Below, piece after piece: positions 46,846 to 59,700 of a DNA stretch of 64,000 nucleotides (the stretch's first letter is position 1; every line of letters starts with the position of its first letter). Location of the stretch: the NCBI RefSeq assembly GCF_026210795.1, contig NC_089435.1:1302001-1366000 (forward strand). The letters run 5' to 3'. The notes beneath the pieces were generated by a model. The model was not told where the DNA came from and searched no databases. It worked only from the letters and a program-made list of their open reading frames with translations. The translations under genes were made by a program, and so were the position numbers. This DNA comes from Rhizophagus irregularis (Eukaryota).

Positions 46846-47771
46846 ATACTGTATATAGGGTTTAAATTTTATACGCAGGTCCATAGCAACGCACCCCATA
46901 TTATGTTATATGTAAAAGTCAAAATTAGTATTCTAAACCTTTTTAGTCTTATAAGTAAAGTTATAGAGCATTAAAAATTTCTATAACAAGTACATAAAGT
47001 TTACGTCGCGTTTATTCAAAAAAAAAAAGAAAATGAAATTTATGATATCATGTGATCATAAATGATCGGCAACGCCTTGGGTATCGTACAAGTTTAACAA
47101 TCTATATAACTAAAAAAAAATTTGTATGACGTTTAGAATAGTCTCTATATCAGATATAAATAATTTGAATCGTGTAACACTGTAACATGAAAACCCATGA
47201 CATCTTTTTATTAAAGCCATATATTTTATTCAAACCTATATTTACGATCCATTAAAAAAAAAAAGTAATTATAATTCTACAAAAATTCTTTGCTTAGTTA
47301 TGGACTTTTTAGTAGAAATAATAAATTGAATGGTTTCTTACAATCATTCATGTCCATTATTCATCACGTTGTTTATTTAAAATAAATTCAATTGAAAATA
47401 ACTAAAGAAGATTGACTTTTATAAATCATGTTTATATTGATATTTAAATAAGATTTAAAATAACTACAAATTAATAATCTATTGAATAACAATCATTGAT
47501 TTTTGTTTATCAAATTATTTAATATTAATCAATATACTTATCTATTCATTTAATATGAAAATCAAATTTGTTAAATACAAATCGTAATCGCTGAAAAAAA
47601 TAAAAATAAAAATAAAATAAAAATAAAAAAAAGAGTAAATTATTATTTTAAATTATTATACTAAATATAAAAAAAAAATTAGAAAGTAAATGGTAGTAAT
47701 ATTTTTCTTTTTTTGGTTATGAAACGTAAAACTGGCGTAAAATACTACGCCTCAAGATCACATAATTCAAC

Positions 47772-49955
47772 ATGAAGTTTGATCAACATTGCATTTTACT
47801 ATTTTATCACAGAGTTGATGAAAAAACTTATGCAATAAGATTCTTAACTAAAAATTATGATCGAAATAAAGTTATGAATAATGATGGTGCAAGAAGAATT
47901 TGTGAAAATTGTAACCTAAAATGTTTAGCTACATTATATTGTGAATATTGTGTTCGAAATTATTTAAAAGAAAATTTTTCAAATTGGACATCTGGAAATA
48001 ATGATATTGATAATTTAATACAGAAATGTCAATTGGAAACACTTATGCCAAATGTAATAATTGAATGGATCCCATATAGTAATTTAAAAAGTATTAAATA
48101 TTTAACAAAAGGTGGATTCTCAGAAATTTATACAGCAGATTGGATTAATGGAAGTTATGAAGAATGGGATTTTGGAAAAAAACAATTAGAAAGATTTGGA
48201 AATCAAAGCGTAATACTTAAAACGTTAGAAAATGTTGAAAGTGCAAATCAAAGTTGGTTTGAAGAGGTTTGTATAATTATATTCTATATTTTATAAAATT
48301 AGTGCAATTTTTTGTATTAGCACTAGTATTTTTACAATTTATTGTCTTTTAGGCTAAATCACATTTAACTATAAGTAATAAATGGGCAGATGTTGTTCGA
48401 TGTTATGGTTTAACACAAAATCCATCAAATGGAAATTATATGCTTGTAATGATGAAACTGGATATAGATTTAAGAAAATATTTACAACAAAATCATAATA
48501 AACTTACATGGAAAGATAGAATGAAAATTATTGGTGATATAACTCTTGCACTTTATTATATTCATAAAGAGAAAGCAATTCATAGAGATTTACATTCTGG
48601 AAATATATTATATTCGCAATTTAATGATCGATGGTATATTAGTGATCTTGGATTTTGTGGACCTGCTGATAAATCTTCAACAAGTATATATGGAAACCTT
48701 CCTTACATAGCACCTGAAGTTATTGTTGGAAGAGAATATACTTTTGCATCTGATATTTATAGTATTGCAATTCTTATGTGGGAAATTTCATCTGGACAAC
48801 CACCATTTATAAATTATGAACATGAAAATGATATTGTAATAAATATCATTTATGGTATAAGGCCAAAAATTGTGCCAGGAACTCCATTAAAATATAAAAA
48901 GTTAATGAAAGAATGTTGGAATGCTAATTCATTAAAAAGACCTGGCGCTAATACACTTTGTAATAAAATACAAAAGACTATTTTATATTATCAAAATATG
49001 TCAGATGAATTAATCAAATCAGAAATAGATAATTTGGAAATGAATAAAGTAGAAGAAAATTATACAAGTAGCAGATCATTTACAAGTAAAATTCACAACT
49101 TTGGAAATCTATCTGAACCAAGAAATGCAACAGAAGGTATAAGTGTATAATATCTTATTAATAAAGTGTATTTATTTTAAATTATAATATTAATGTTATC
49201 TTTTTTATTATAATAGAAGAACAAGAAGGTATACCCGTATAAATAATAATTTCTACCATTTTTTTTAGTTACTATAATAATTTACTTTATTTTATTACTA
49301 ATAGCGTTTCATAGTAAATTGTATGATTTTAACATTCCTAACAATAGTAAGTATTTATTAACATTACAAGTGTTGAATTATCGTATAATTATATTTAATA
49401 ATTGATTTTTCATTTTAGTTGACGATTTTAATAAATCAAATGAGCGGAATAGCAACAAATCATCAAAAGTAATTACTCTTTTTAGAGGTAATATATTTTA
49501 ATTATTGTCAAATAGAGATTAATTTATATATTAATTCTATATCTTAAATTTTTAGATAGTCGTAAAAAATTATCTAAATTATTTAAAAAGTTGCAAATAA
49601 ATTCAAATGGTAAGTAAATTACTAACAAATAAAATTGCTATACCAATTTCATTTATTAAACGTGACTTTTATTTAAAATTTAGATGATGAAAAAGAAATA
49701 ACTCAACAACATGTTGATGGTAGGCGAAAATTTTATGTAATAACAAACAATTAACAATTTTAATACTATTTTAATTCTATTTACTTGCAGTATCTCTTAC
49801 AGATGATGACGAAGTATATAATAATCCAAATCTCCATTCAAAAGAACAAGATGAACTGGAAATTCCTGATGGTAAGTTTTAAAAAAATAAATTTCTTAAT
49901 AAAGCAAAGAATTAATTTATAATTTGTTATTTTTTTATCTTTAGATGGATTTTAA
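47772..49955 (+). CDS. Tyrosine-kinase-like protein kinase with Cys-rich N-terminus and micro-exon tail; 5' end uncertain
   Basis: Exons ..48266, 48353-49136, 49217-49228, 49305-49346, 49419-49487, 49556-49609, 49684-49719, 49803-49871 and 49945-49955 (all GT-AG). Motifs: CENC/CEYC, WTSGN, KGGFSEIY, VILK, HRDLHSGNIL, DLG, APE, DIYS, CW..RP. Confidence 0.85.
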
Positions 49956-50789
49956 AATTGACTTTTGATAAATCAAATTATGTATATATATATACACAAT
50001 ATTTTTTTTTTTGTATTTTAAATTATTATCATTTATTTATTTATCTTAGATTATTTAAACACTAAGGCTAGAGTAGTAAATGTTTTACAAAATTCTTAGT
50101 TTGTAATCTAAATAATTTTAATAAATTTATCCGAATTATAAAAATACTTACTACCGTATATTGATTTAGGCGAAAATTAAGTATCTTATCATAAATTTAT
50201 GTCATAAACATTGTAAAATCATGACAGATCATTCCATTCGTTATACACGAATTTATTGAAAGAATAATCTAATGTCATCTTTAACCTCATGAAAGTATGA
50301 TAAGAAGCGACGTTTAAAATACAAATATTGTGGACACGTTCTACATGAAGTCATCATGTGCATGAGTAATGTATTCTCATTATGGAAAATACCATCATTT
50401 TGTGATGCTGAAAAAAATTTATATCGCTATAATTCCATCTTAATTAGTATAAAACAAATTAATTTAGTAGAAGAGGTTAATGTGAAAAATTCGTCAATCT
50501 AACTTACTGTTTATTATGAATAAAAATAAAATTTTAACATTGTTTAAACTTACATTAAAATAAAGCATATTAAAAGCGTTAAATCGATATTAAACACATA
50601 CACGTTTTAAAAGTCAAAGTAAAGATTTTTAGGTAATAAATGAGAAAGGACTGACCGGCTAAATGATAGAGAAGCAGGCAGTTCCTTCCCCGCTACTCCG
50701 CATTACTGTCTACCCATATACCAATATCATCTAATGTGCTAATGTAACCGCCTCTATTCTTGATATTTCTCTCATAAAACCCTTGAACC

Positions 50790-50955
50790 GTATTAGCAAA
50801 CGGAGCCATGTACACATCCTTTCTCTTACTTGTAAGAACATAAAATGATATTTATCTATTTGACCTAAAGAATAGAGAAAAGACTGACCTAAAGAGAAAA
50901 TCGACCTAACTGACCTAAAGAAAAGAGAAAATACTGACTAAAAGAAAAAGCAATA
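50790..50955. repeat. Fragment of the repeat also found at ~55465-55760
   Basis: Shared TAGCAAAC.GAGCCAT.TACACAT..CTTGTAAGAACATAAAATGATA followed by GACCTAAAGAAAAGAGAA-type units. Confidence 0.75.
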
Positions 50956-51267
50956 AAATTTGATTTTATCCCCTTTTAATTATTGTCTCATCGTATAATT
51001 AATTCAATGCTTTCAACCTACTTATATGATGTAATCATGACAACTAATATATTGTCCATGATGAGTCATGTTACAATTTTACATTTTCCGTTGGACATTA
51101 TGAGCATAAAAATAAAGATTATCAATCAGTTACAATACAATACTTTCAATTATTATTGTCAATCTTCATATAAATTAAAATACACTGATCGTATATATCA
51201 TCCTGATCTTCTTCCAAGTTACAATATAAAATTGCGCTTACTCCTTACACTTATTTGAAAAATAATT

Positions 51268-54078
51268 ATGAAACTCAACAGAGATTTACTTTTAATGATC
51301 TCAGAAAAATTTCAAAATGACAGAATATCACTTTATTCTTGTCTTTTAGTCAACAGATCTTGGTGTGAAGCCCTATGAAAAAAAATCATCCAATTTTTGT
51401 ACGATATTTGTTCAAGTCCGTGTGGAAATTGTACAATTATTGCAGATTTTTGGATAAAAATAGCTATGAAGTTTTTCAAAGCATATTAAAAGTATGCAAT
51501 TTTTGTACAACTTAAATTTAGAATATAGAAAATGTTCAATTTTTGTGTGATCTTTATACAACTTAAATTTAGGATACAGAAAACATTCAATTTTTGTACA
51601 ATAAAAATTGTGATTATTGTACAACTTGAAAATAGGCTTAAATTTAGGATACAGAAAGCAATTTTTGAGTAATCCTACTATACTACTTTCCATCTTACCT
51701 GTATGGTTACATTTGACCACTTTTAGGGTCAAATAGACCACTTTTAACCATTACAAATAGATTTTCCTAAGTAAAGTGATTTATGCAGTAAGGTTACACA
51801 AATTTCAACTGCATATTTGCTTATAAACGGGCATCTTTCGGACCCATTGGTGAAATTTTTGTATCATCTTGTAACTAAAAAAAAGTCAAAAACTTTTTAT
51901 TAGGTTACACAATTAGTTTTGACTGGAATTATAATTTGGCCAGAATTATGCGGTAAAAATTAACTCTTAAATTATATATGTTTATCACGTGATCTGATCG
52001 TCAAAATAAATATGATGACGCGAAATGTTTTTGTTTATGTTTTTTTAACCTTTTAACTTTTCTTCAACTTTCTTTTAAAAAAAAAACTTGTGTTCTTTAT
52101 CTTTTTATTTTCCTAACTTTTTACATTTTAATGTTACTAACTTGCTTTTTTCACTAACTTCATACTTTTTTTTTATTACTAACACTAATAATTTACTTTT
52201 TAACACACTAATTTGCTTTCTTCACTAACTTCATACTTTTTTATTTATTTAATACTAATAATTTACTTACACTAATAATTTACTTTCTTCTTTGATACTA
52301 CTAATTTACTTTCATGTTATTAACATACTTTATTTTATTTTATTTTCTTACAAATTTTTATATTTATGATTATATCAAATTTAGTATTTTATTTATGAAA
52401 TATTGTGTATATTTTTTATATTTTAAGTCAATAAAAATTCATAATTTCACTTTATAAATTGCCTGTTATTACTGTAAAATTTAACCTATAATTCCTAAAA
52501 TATGGCCTAAAATTTGGCTCAGAAATCACACAATAATTGTATAAATTCAGGTCAAAAATAGGATAATTATTGAATGAATTACCATGCAATAATTGTGTGA
52601 TTTATTGCAATTTTTAGCACAATTATTGTATGGTCAAATATACAGAAATCGTAGTGAATTTAATTGAATGATTTTTCAACAAAAATCACACAGACTTTTT
52701 TCATAGGGAAGCAATAGTACCAATATTATGGAAAATTCCTAGACAAGCTATTTTAACTGAAAAGGCAGAAAATATAATATTTAATGTAATACTTTCGCAT
52801 TTTTCAGAAGAATCTAGAGATAATTTGATGAAACAAGGGATCGATCTTTTTGCTGAAATTTATCAGACACCTTCATTTAATTATATTTATTTTTGGAGAC
52901 ATTTAGATCTACAACTTCTAGACAGAATGATTTCCAGAAATTTTGATAAGTCAGACATATCTATGATGAGAAATGAATTATTAAAATTATTTGTTAATAA
53001 TAATACAAATTTTATTTCACTTTTTTTTCCATATGATTATAAATGTCAAGTAAACTGGAATAAACAATGCTTTTCAAATCTTAAATTCTTTTATTTTTGT
53101 AATAATATTGATCAAAATATTCTAAAAGAATTAGCTACAATAAGCAAATCGATTAAAATATTCAATTGTGATGTTATGGGTTGTAATATTTCTGGAATCA
53201 TTAGATTAATTGAAGATCAAAAAAATCTAGATAGTGTCCGTATTAGTAAATGTTATCAATATGAAACCTGCTGGCAATCTATTGAAGAAGTACTAATTAA
53301 AAAAGCGATTACTATCCAAAATTTATATTTATCTTATAATTGGAATTTTTATGTTGATTTAAAATTTTTTTCACATTTTGTAAATTTAAAAAGTTTAGAA
53401 ATAATTGAATCTTTTGGGCCTCCAAATTCAAACAGTACTATTCTAAATTTAAATCAATCAGAGAAAATATCTTTACCTGCTTTAAAAATCCTAAAAACTA
53501 AAGAAGTGTCATTTATGATGTTGACAAGATTAATTGTAAGTGCAAATGTACAACTTACTGTAATTAATATTCATTTTGATGATGTTTTTTATGAGGTTGA
53601 TGATGTTAGAAGACTTTTCCAAACAATCTATCAAAATTGTCCAAATATTAAATATTTAAGCCTTCCGATTAAAGATTATGTTCTTATTGAATTTGAAAGG
53701 TTATTAATTAATTGTCAACATTTATTTGAGTTAGTTATTAAGGTTGAAAGAGGTCTCCAATATAAGAATTTATTTAAAATATTAACTAAATCATCACCAA
53801 GTAGTTTGATTAAGTTTGGATTTACTTTTAACCGAAAGTTTGGGGCTAAGTATAAATTATTAAGATCATTTCTTGCAAATTGGAAAGGTAGACATACTAT
53901 GCTATTACAAATCTGGCCAGTAAATTATATTCTAGGACATGAAAAGGAAGTTAACCGATTATATGAACTAATTGAATATTATGAAGCAAAAGGAATAGTC
54001 AAAAAAATTGATTGGGAAATTAATTGGTATAATGAATCAGAAGAATTTAATTGGATTAAGAAAAGATGTTTTCGTTAA
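51268..54078 (+). pseudogene. F-box / LRR gene interrupted inside the F-box by a DNA transposon
   Basis: 51268-51370 encodes MKLNRDLLLM..LYSCLLVNRSWCE and joins in frame to 52712 onward (AIVPILWKIP..), which is open through to the stop at 54078. Confidence 0.9.
51371..52708. mobile_element. 1338-bp non-autonomous TIR transposon, CCCTA ends, 3-bp TSD (CMC/CACTA-like)
   Basis: 13-bp TIR CCCTATGAAAAAA / TTTTTTCATAGGG; TSD AAG at 51368-51370 and 52709-52711; subterminal repeats; no transposase. Confidence 0.92.
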
Positions 54079-55994
54079 ATGTAAATATGTATATTCTATA
54101 GTGTTATACTATCCAATGCAATTTAATATATATTAAAATAAAATAATCATTTTTGAATGAAAAATAATTAACTCTTAAGTATTCGTTCAAGAATCTGTAT
54201 TGTAGTTTTTGGATCCATTAAGGATATGTATGGTTTTTAATGATAATTTTGGTGATTAATATTATTGTCTGGAGTGAAATGAAGGAAAATATAATTCTTC
54301 TTATTGTGAAAATTTTGTGATCACGGGTATTTCTCATGACTGCAAGCCAACAAAATTGCATATTTTTGGGATTCTGTTTTCTAGTTTGAATAGAAATTTG
54401 ATAATTGACCCTAATATCATTATGCAAAAAGCAATTATATAAATATCTCTTATTGCTAAATTTGATTTGAAATAGCCAAGATTTGATGAAACTTTTAGAA
54501 AATTAAAAAATTTAAAGGTAATATATAAAACTTGATTATCAAAAATAAATATGAAAGATTACAAAATAATATAAATATACAAATACACGTACTAAATGAG
54601 TATGATAAAGTTATTAATTAGTAATTTAGAAGTGTATAAAGAAGAAGATTTCACTTATTAATCAGCAATTACTTATTAATTAGTTAATTTTCATCCCATT
54701 TATTAATATATTGTTGTATAGATTATAGAACAAATTCTTAATGCAAATACTGTATATAGTATTGCTTGTAAACAATAAACATAATTATATCAATCTCTTA
54801 CTCAATCATATGCTAACTATTTTTCATGGGAAATGTATGCTAAAATTTGCTTGTGAATCACACATCATAAAATCCTAAAAACATTTCTAAATATATAATG
54901 GAAATATATTTAAGTTTAAAGCAAAAGTATATAGGTTGAAAAGTCCCACCATATTTTTTATTTTAAATTTATTCATCCTACTAATAATTCATTTAACAAA
55001 TAATAAGTAGAATATAAAACAATAAATCAATAAAAAATATTTATGTTAATTCTCCCTATGCAATCATAAGTTGTGTTACTGAGAAACTAAAAAATACAAA
55101 AGGATTAGTATGGTGGTAAACATACTATAAACCCTACGAGAAAGTACTATCACACAAGAGAACAAGGTGTGTAGAGGTACCTCATACAATCACATGCTAT
55201 AGTTGTGAAATATCTACACTAAACACTACATAAATACAACAAATAAACTTAAATACAATAAATAAATTTAAATGCAATAAATAAATAAAGTTCTCATTTA
55301 AAATCATATAAAATTAATTTGAAAATCTAAATTCAATAAATAAACTCCTATATAAAACAAATTAAAAATCTAAACAATTAATAAACTGTACACTGCCACA
55401 ATGTTTATAACAACTATAGAACCTCAGTTTCTCACAGGCTACAGCAACAAAATATAATTTTGCCTAGCAAACAGAGCCATATACACATAAGTTTCTTTCA
55501 CTTGTAAGAACATAAAATGATACTTACTTAACCAACATGCACTAAAGAGAAGTCCCAAAAAAAAGAGATAAGATCAACCCAAAGAAAAGAGAGAAGACTA
55601 ACTAAATAAAAGTGAGAAGACTGACCTCACTAAAGAAAAGAGAAAAGAGTGACTTAAAGAAAAATGAGAAGTCCGACCTAAAGAAAAGAAAGAAGTCCGA
55701 CCTAAAGAAAGTGAGAAGTCCGACCTAAAGAAAAGAGAAAATACTAAGAAAATAAATACAATAAATTTAATCAATATCAATATGATTTAGATATGAAGAT
55801 ATTCACCCTTAGGTAATTTTATTTTTTGGTTGGTCTAGTCCCCAACTATAATAGTATTTTTTAACTGAAGGAAAAAGAAAATAAGTAGTGTTAAAACATC
55901 ACTAAAAAAAACAAAAAAAATATTTTCTACCTAAAATCTAATTTGTAATTTCGTCTGGAACTCCCTATAAAAGAAGAAAAAAAGAAGATAATCT

Positions 55995-57274
55995 AATTAA
56001 TAAGAAAATCACCTCCAAGAATTGAACTTGGACACAAAAATTGTGGAACCAACGGTGATGGATTTTGTTGAGTTAATAAGTTATTAAGGAAAGAACTCAA
56101 CAAAGGAATGAAATAAAGGGTATCACATGTGAAGAAGGAAATCACATGAGATAGATCAAATGATCACAAGAAAGGTAAATTTTACAAGACAAAGGATCTC
56201 TCTGACACCAATTAAGGGCGATGCAAACGATCCCCTTGTAAAATTTATCTATCTAAGAATGGTCAAATGATCAAGAAAGGGTAAATTTTTACAAGACAAA
56301 GGATCTCTCTGACACCAATCGCTATGCTTCATGGGCGATGCAAACGATCCCCTTGTAAAAATTATCTACCTAAGAATGGTCAAGTAATCCCAAGTTGACC
56401 AAAGGGGAAAGATTACGTCTCCATGCTATATTTGGTAAGCAATGGGCCAAGCTACGTAATATAAGTTTATTTAATTAAGATATTGGGAGATTAAAAGGAG
56501 AATAATATTCACTAAATAGGTTATTTTATAAAGTAGAGAATAAGAAAAGATGAGAATCTGAATTATGCAATTGAGTAAATAAAGAAAATGAAGAAGAATA
56601 GATAATAATGTAAATAAAATATGAAAAAGAATTGATAATAATAAATGTTTAAAAAAATAAAATATATTAAATAGATATGAAGGAAGAGAAGGGAGTTGGT
56701 TGAGAGAAATGATTATAGTGCACATGAATTTCAATAAGCGAAGAATTAGGACAATTGTATTAGTGAGAATGTTGGTATATATGAGGAGAATTATAAAAAG
56801 AATGTAAAAAAATCCGGTAAGTAATGGTAAATAAGGTTGAGATGTTTCAATGATAGGTAAAGGATTATTGTAACATTTGTTGATTGGAAATTCATTTAAG
56901 ATAGTATTGATAGTATTTGGACACAAATGATAAGACATTTTGTAATTGTAAGTTATAAATTTGAATTGAAATTTAGGTGATTGTAAAAGTTTTGTAAGAT
57001 TTGTAAGATTTGAAAAATAATAATATTGAAATTTGTTTTTGATTTTTTCCTTGAGGAAATTAAGGGTATTTATATATTTTTTAAAACCCTTTGAATACAT
57101 AGATACATAGTGAATATATAATAATAAAATAGATAAAAAAAATCAAGATTATCTATGAGTCACAATTAATTTATAAGTTATTTAACCTAAACTAGTAATA
57201 TTAATTGATTTAATGATGACTAATATGTATAATTGTGGCTTATAGTACATAGTTAATATGATTTACTCCCTATA
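55995..57274 (-). repeat. Dispersed repeat copy 2 (hydrophobic ORF from the ATG at ~56938 to 56471; two hairpin units)
   Basis: Reverse-complement homology to 13247-14530; probably part of a longer element extending toward ~55050. Confidence 0.85.
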
Positions 57275-57460
57275 AACTATATAATTAAAGAATATATGAT
57301 ATTGTGCAATATTCCCATATTATTAAAGCTTTTATTATTGTTAATTAAATAAATTTATTAAAAATTTTTATTCAAGCTAAATTTATTTTTGATATATAGT
57401 TTAGAAATTGTATTAGTATCTCTTGAGTGTACTAGTGTACTTAACACATGTGATATACAT

Positions 57461-57990
57461 AAGATTAATTAAAATACTGTATACTATAGTATTATTTAAT
57501 AACTAATTATTATAGACGCAAAAACTGACTAAAGTTTCATTTCGGCGTTTTCATATGTAAACCCGTGGGAACTAGGGAGATTATCAATTATCTGGGTTTA
57601 TTTGGACTGTGAGACTGAGTTAAGAGTTAAGATTAATTAAATACTTATACTATAGTATTATTTAATAACTAACTATTATAGACACAAAAACTGATTAAAG
57701 TTTCATTTTGGCGTTTTCATATGTAAACCCGTGGGAACTAGTGAGACTGGACTGTGGGACTGAGTTAAGATACTTATATTATAGTATTATTTAATAACTA
57801 ATTATTACAGACGCAAAAACTGATTAATCATTTTAGCGTTTTCATATGTAAACCTGTGGGAACTAGGGAGACTATTGACTATCTGAGTTTATTTGGACTG
57901 TGGGACTGAGTTAAGATTAATTAAATACTTATACTATAGTATTATTTAATAACTAATTATTATAGACACGAAAACTTCATTTTGGCGTTT
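57461..57990. repeat. Tandem array of ~135-170-bp units (about 3.5 copies)
   Basis: Recurrent TATAGTATTATTTAATAACTAA..GGCGTTTTCATATGTAAACCCGTGGGAACTAG..GGACTGTGGGACTGAGTTAAGA, with internal deletions. Confidence 0.9.
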
Positions 57991-59104
57991 TAAAAAATGA
58001 AAATTTGATAGTTACACAAGATCTTAGAATTTAATATTCCCTAATTTGGAGTTGAAGTGTTGTACTATGCTTATGTTTCGGACTATAAAAAAAGTCTATC
58101 TAAGTTATATAGAAAATTTGCAGGTGTAAATATAACAAATTTATATACTGATTATAATATACTGCGTATCGATATAATATTGTATGTTAGTTTGCATTAT
58201 TACTCATATAAAGTCAACGATATTACAGTATCTAATCTCTAATCTTATATTAATATTTTATCTAATAAAAAAACTTATTATAATATATCAAATTTTTGGA
58301 GAAACACGTAATATAACTTGCCAATCACCCATTTTATTACTTTTTAAATAGGTAAAGATCAATTTTTATTGTAGTATATAAGATATACTATAAGATATGA
58401 TTATATGAAAATACTTTGATATTTTGTTATTAGATGATGTAAAGAGACATGAGGTATAGTGTAACGATATAAAGTTTCTTCGGATTTACTCAGGTGGGCG
58501 GGATATGAAAGCAAAATGGATTTTTTTTAATTTTAGAGACTGTTTTGTTATTGAAATGATTAAAATACGCAGTAAATAGAAAGTTATTTACTATAATCTT
58601 TATTTAAAGTAGTAGAAGTTATACAAAAATAATATCCTCTTTAATTTATTAGTTAAGAGAACTGCAATTACCCATAGCAGGTCTTTGACATTTATCAAAA
58701 TAGAAATAATTCCAAGTTATTGATGAAATTAGTCAAGGAATTGAATTATAATTTATACAGTGCCAATTTTATTTTTTTAATTTCTTTTTAAATTTATCCT
58801 TATTTTCACGTGATAAATATATACTACGGATGTAAAAAACTATTTCTCACAATATTTCAGTTCTGTGCAAAGACTCCGTACTTGCTTCTTTAAGTTATAT
58901 TTATTTAATAATAATTAAATTTATAATATTAAGTCACTCATTTTAATAATGAATATAAATAACATTAATATGATAAAATATAGAATAAATAATAGATTAT
59001 ACAAAATATATAATAATTATAATTTTAGAAAATAAAAAAAATAATCAAAATAGTAGAATGATAGAAACGATTTTGAACTATTATAAAAATATGATTAGAC
59101 TGAA

Positions 59105-59278
59105 CTTATAATTACTAGTCTTTTTCGTGCATCTTCATTTTCTCTGTTAGTAGCATCTTTATACAATTCAACTGCCTTTTTATCAATTTCGGTTCCAATC
59201 TCATTCTTATAATAGCTTCCAAGTATATATATTCCATTTAAATATCCTTTTTCAGTTGATTTTTTAGATATTCAAAAT
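59105..59278 (-). pseudogene. SEL1-like repeat gene 3' fragment
   Basis: Reads FEYL / KSTEKGYLNGIYILGSYYKNEIGTEIDKKAVELYKDATNRENEDA (SEL1 pattern) with a frameshift. Confidence 0.65.
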
Positions 59279-59289
59279 GATTATAAGAT

Positions 59290-59700
59290 TGAAACAATGC
59301 AATAACAAGTAAAGAGACTTCATATCAATGATGATGGTATGATGATAAAACAATTATTTAAATTCTTATAATAATTATTCTACAGTATTTTATTATTTTT
59401 AATTTTATATTTGATAGACGAAGATGAAGTACATAACAATCCTAATCTTCATTCAGAAGAACAAGATGAATCGGAAATTCCTGATAGTAAGAATTATTTT
59501 TAAAATGTTTAAAATTTACCATAAATTATTAAATTACTAAATTTAACGTTCTTTTAGATATTTAGATACGGATGAATTATATAAATTAGATAACATTATT
59601 ATACCTGATTTTTTTTGCTTATTAAAATTATTTAAACACTATGACTTATGAGATTTTTTTCAAAATTTTTAGTTTGTAATTTGAATAATTTATTCTTTTA
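59290..59700 (+). pseudogene. Third orphan kinase-tail fragment
   Basis: Exon DEDEVHNNPNLHSEEQDESEIPD bounded by AG/GTAAG; 3' flank resembles 50050-50125. Confidence 0.75.

Noticed and set aside
51412..51741. 109-aa ORF inside the CCCTA element
   Set aside because: Arises from subterminal tandem repeats (FLYPKFK units); no transposase motifs.
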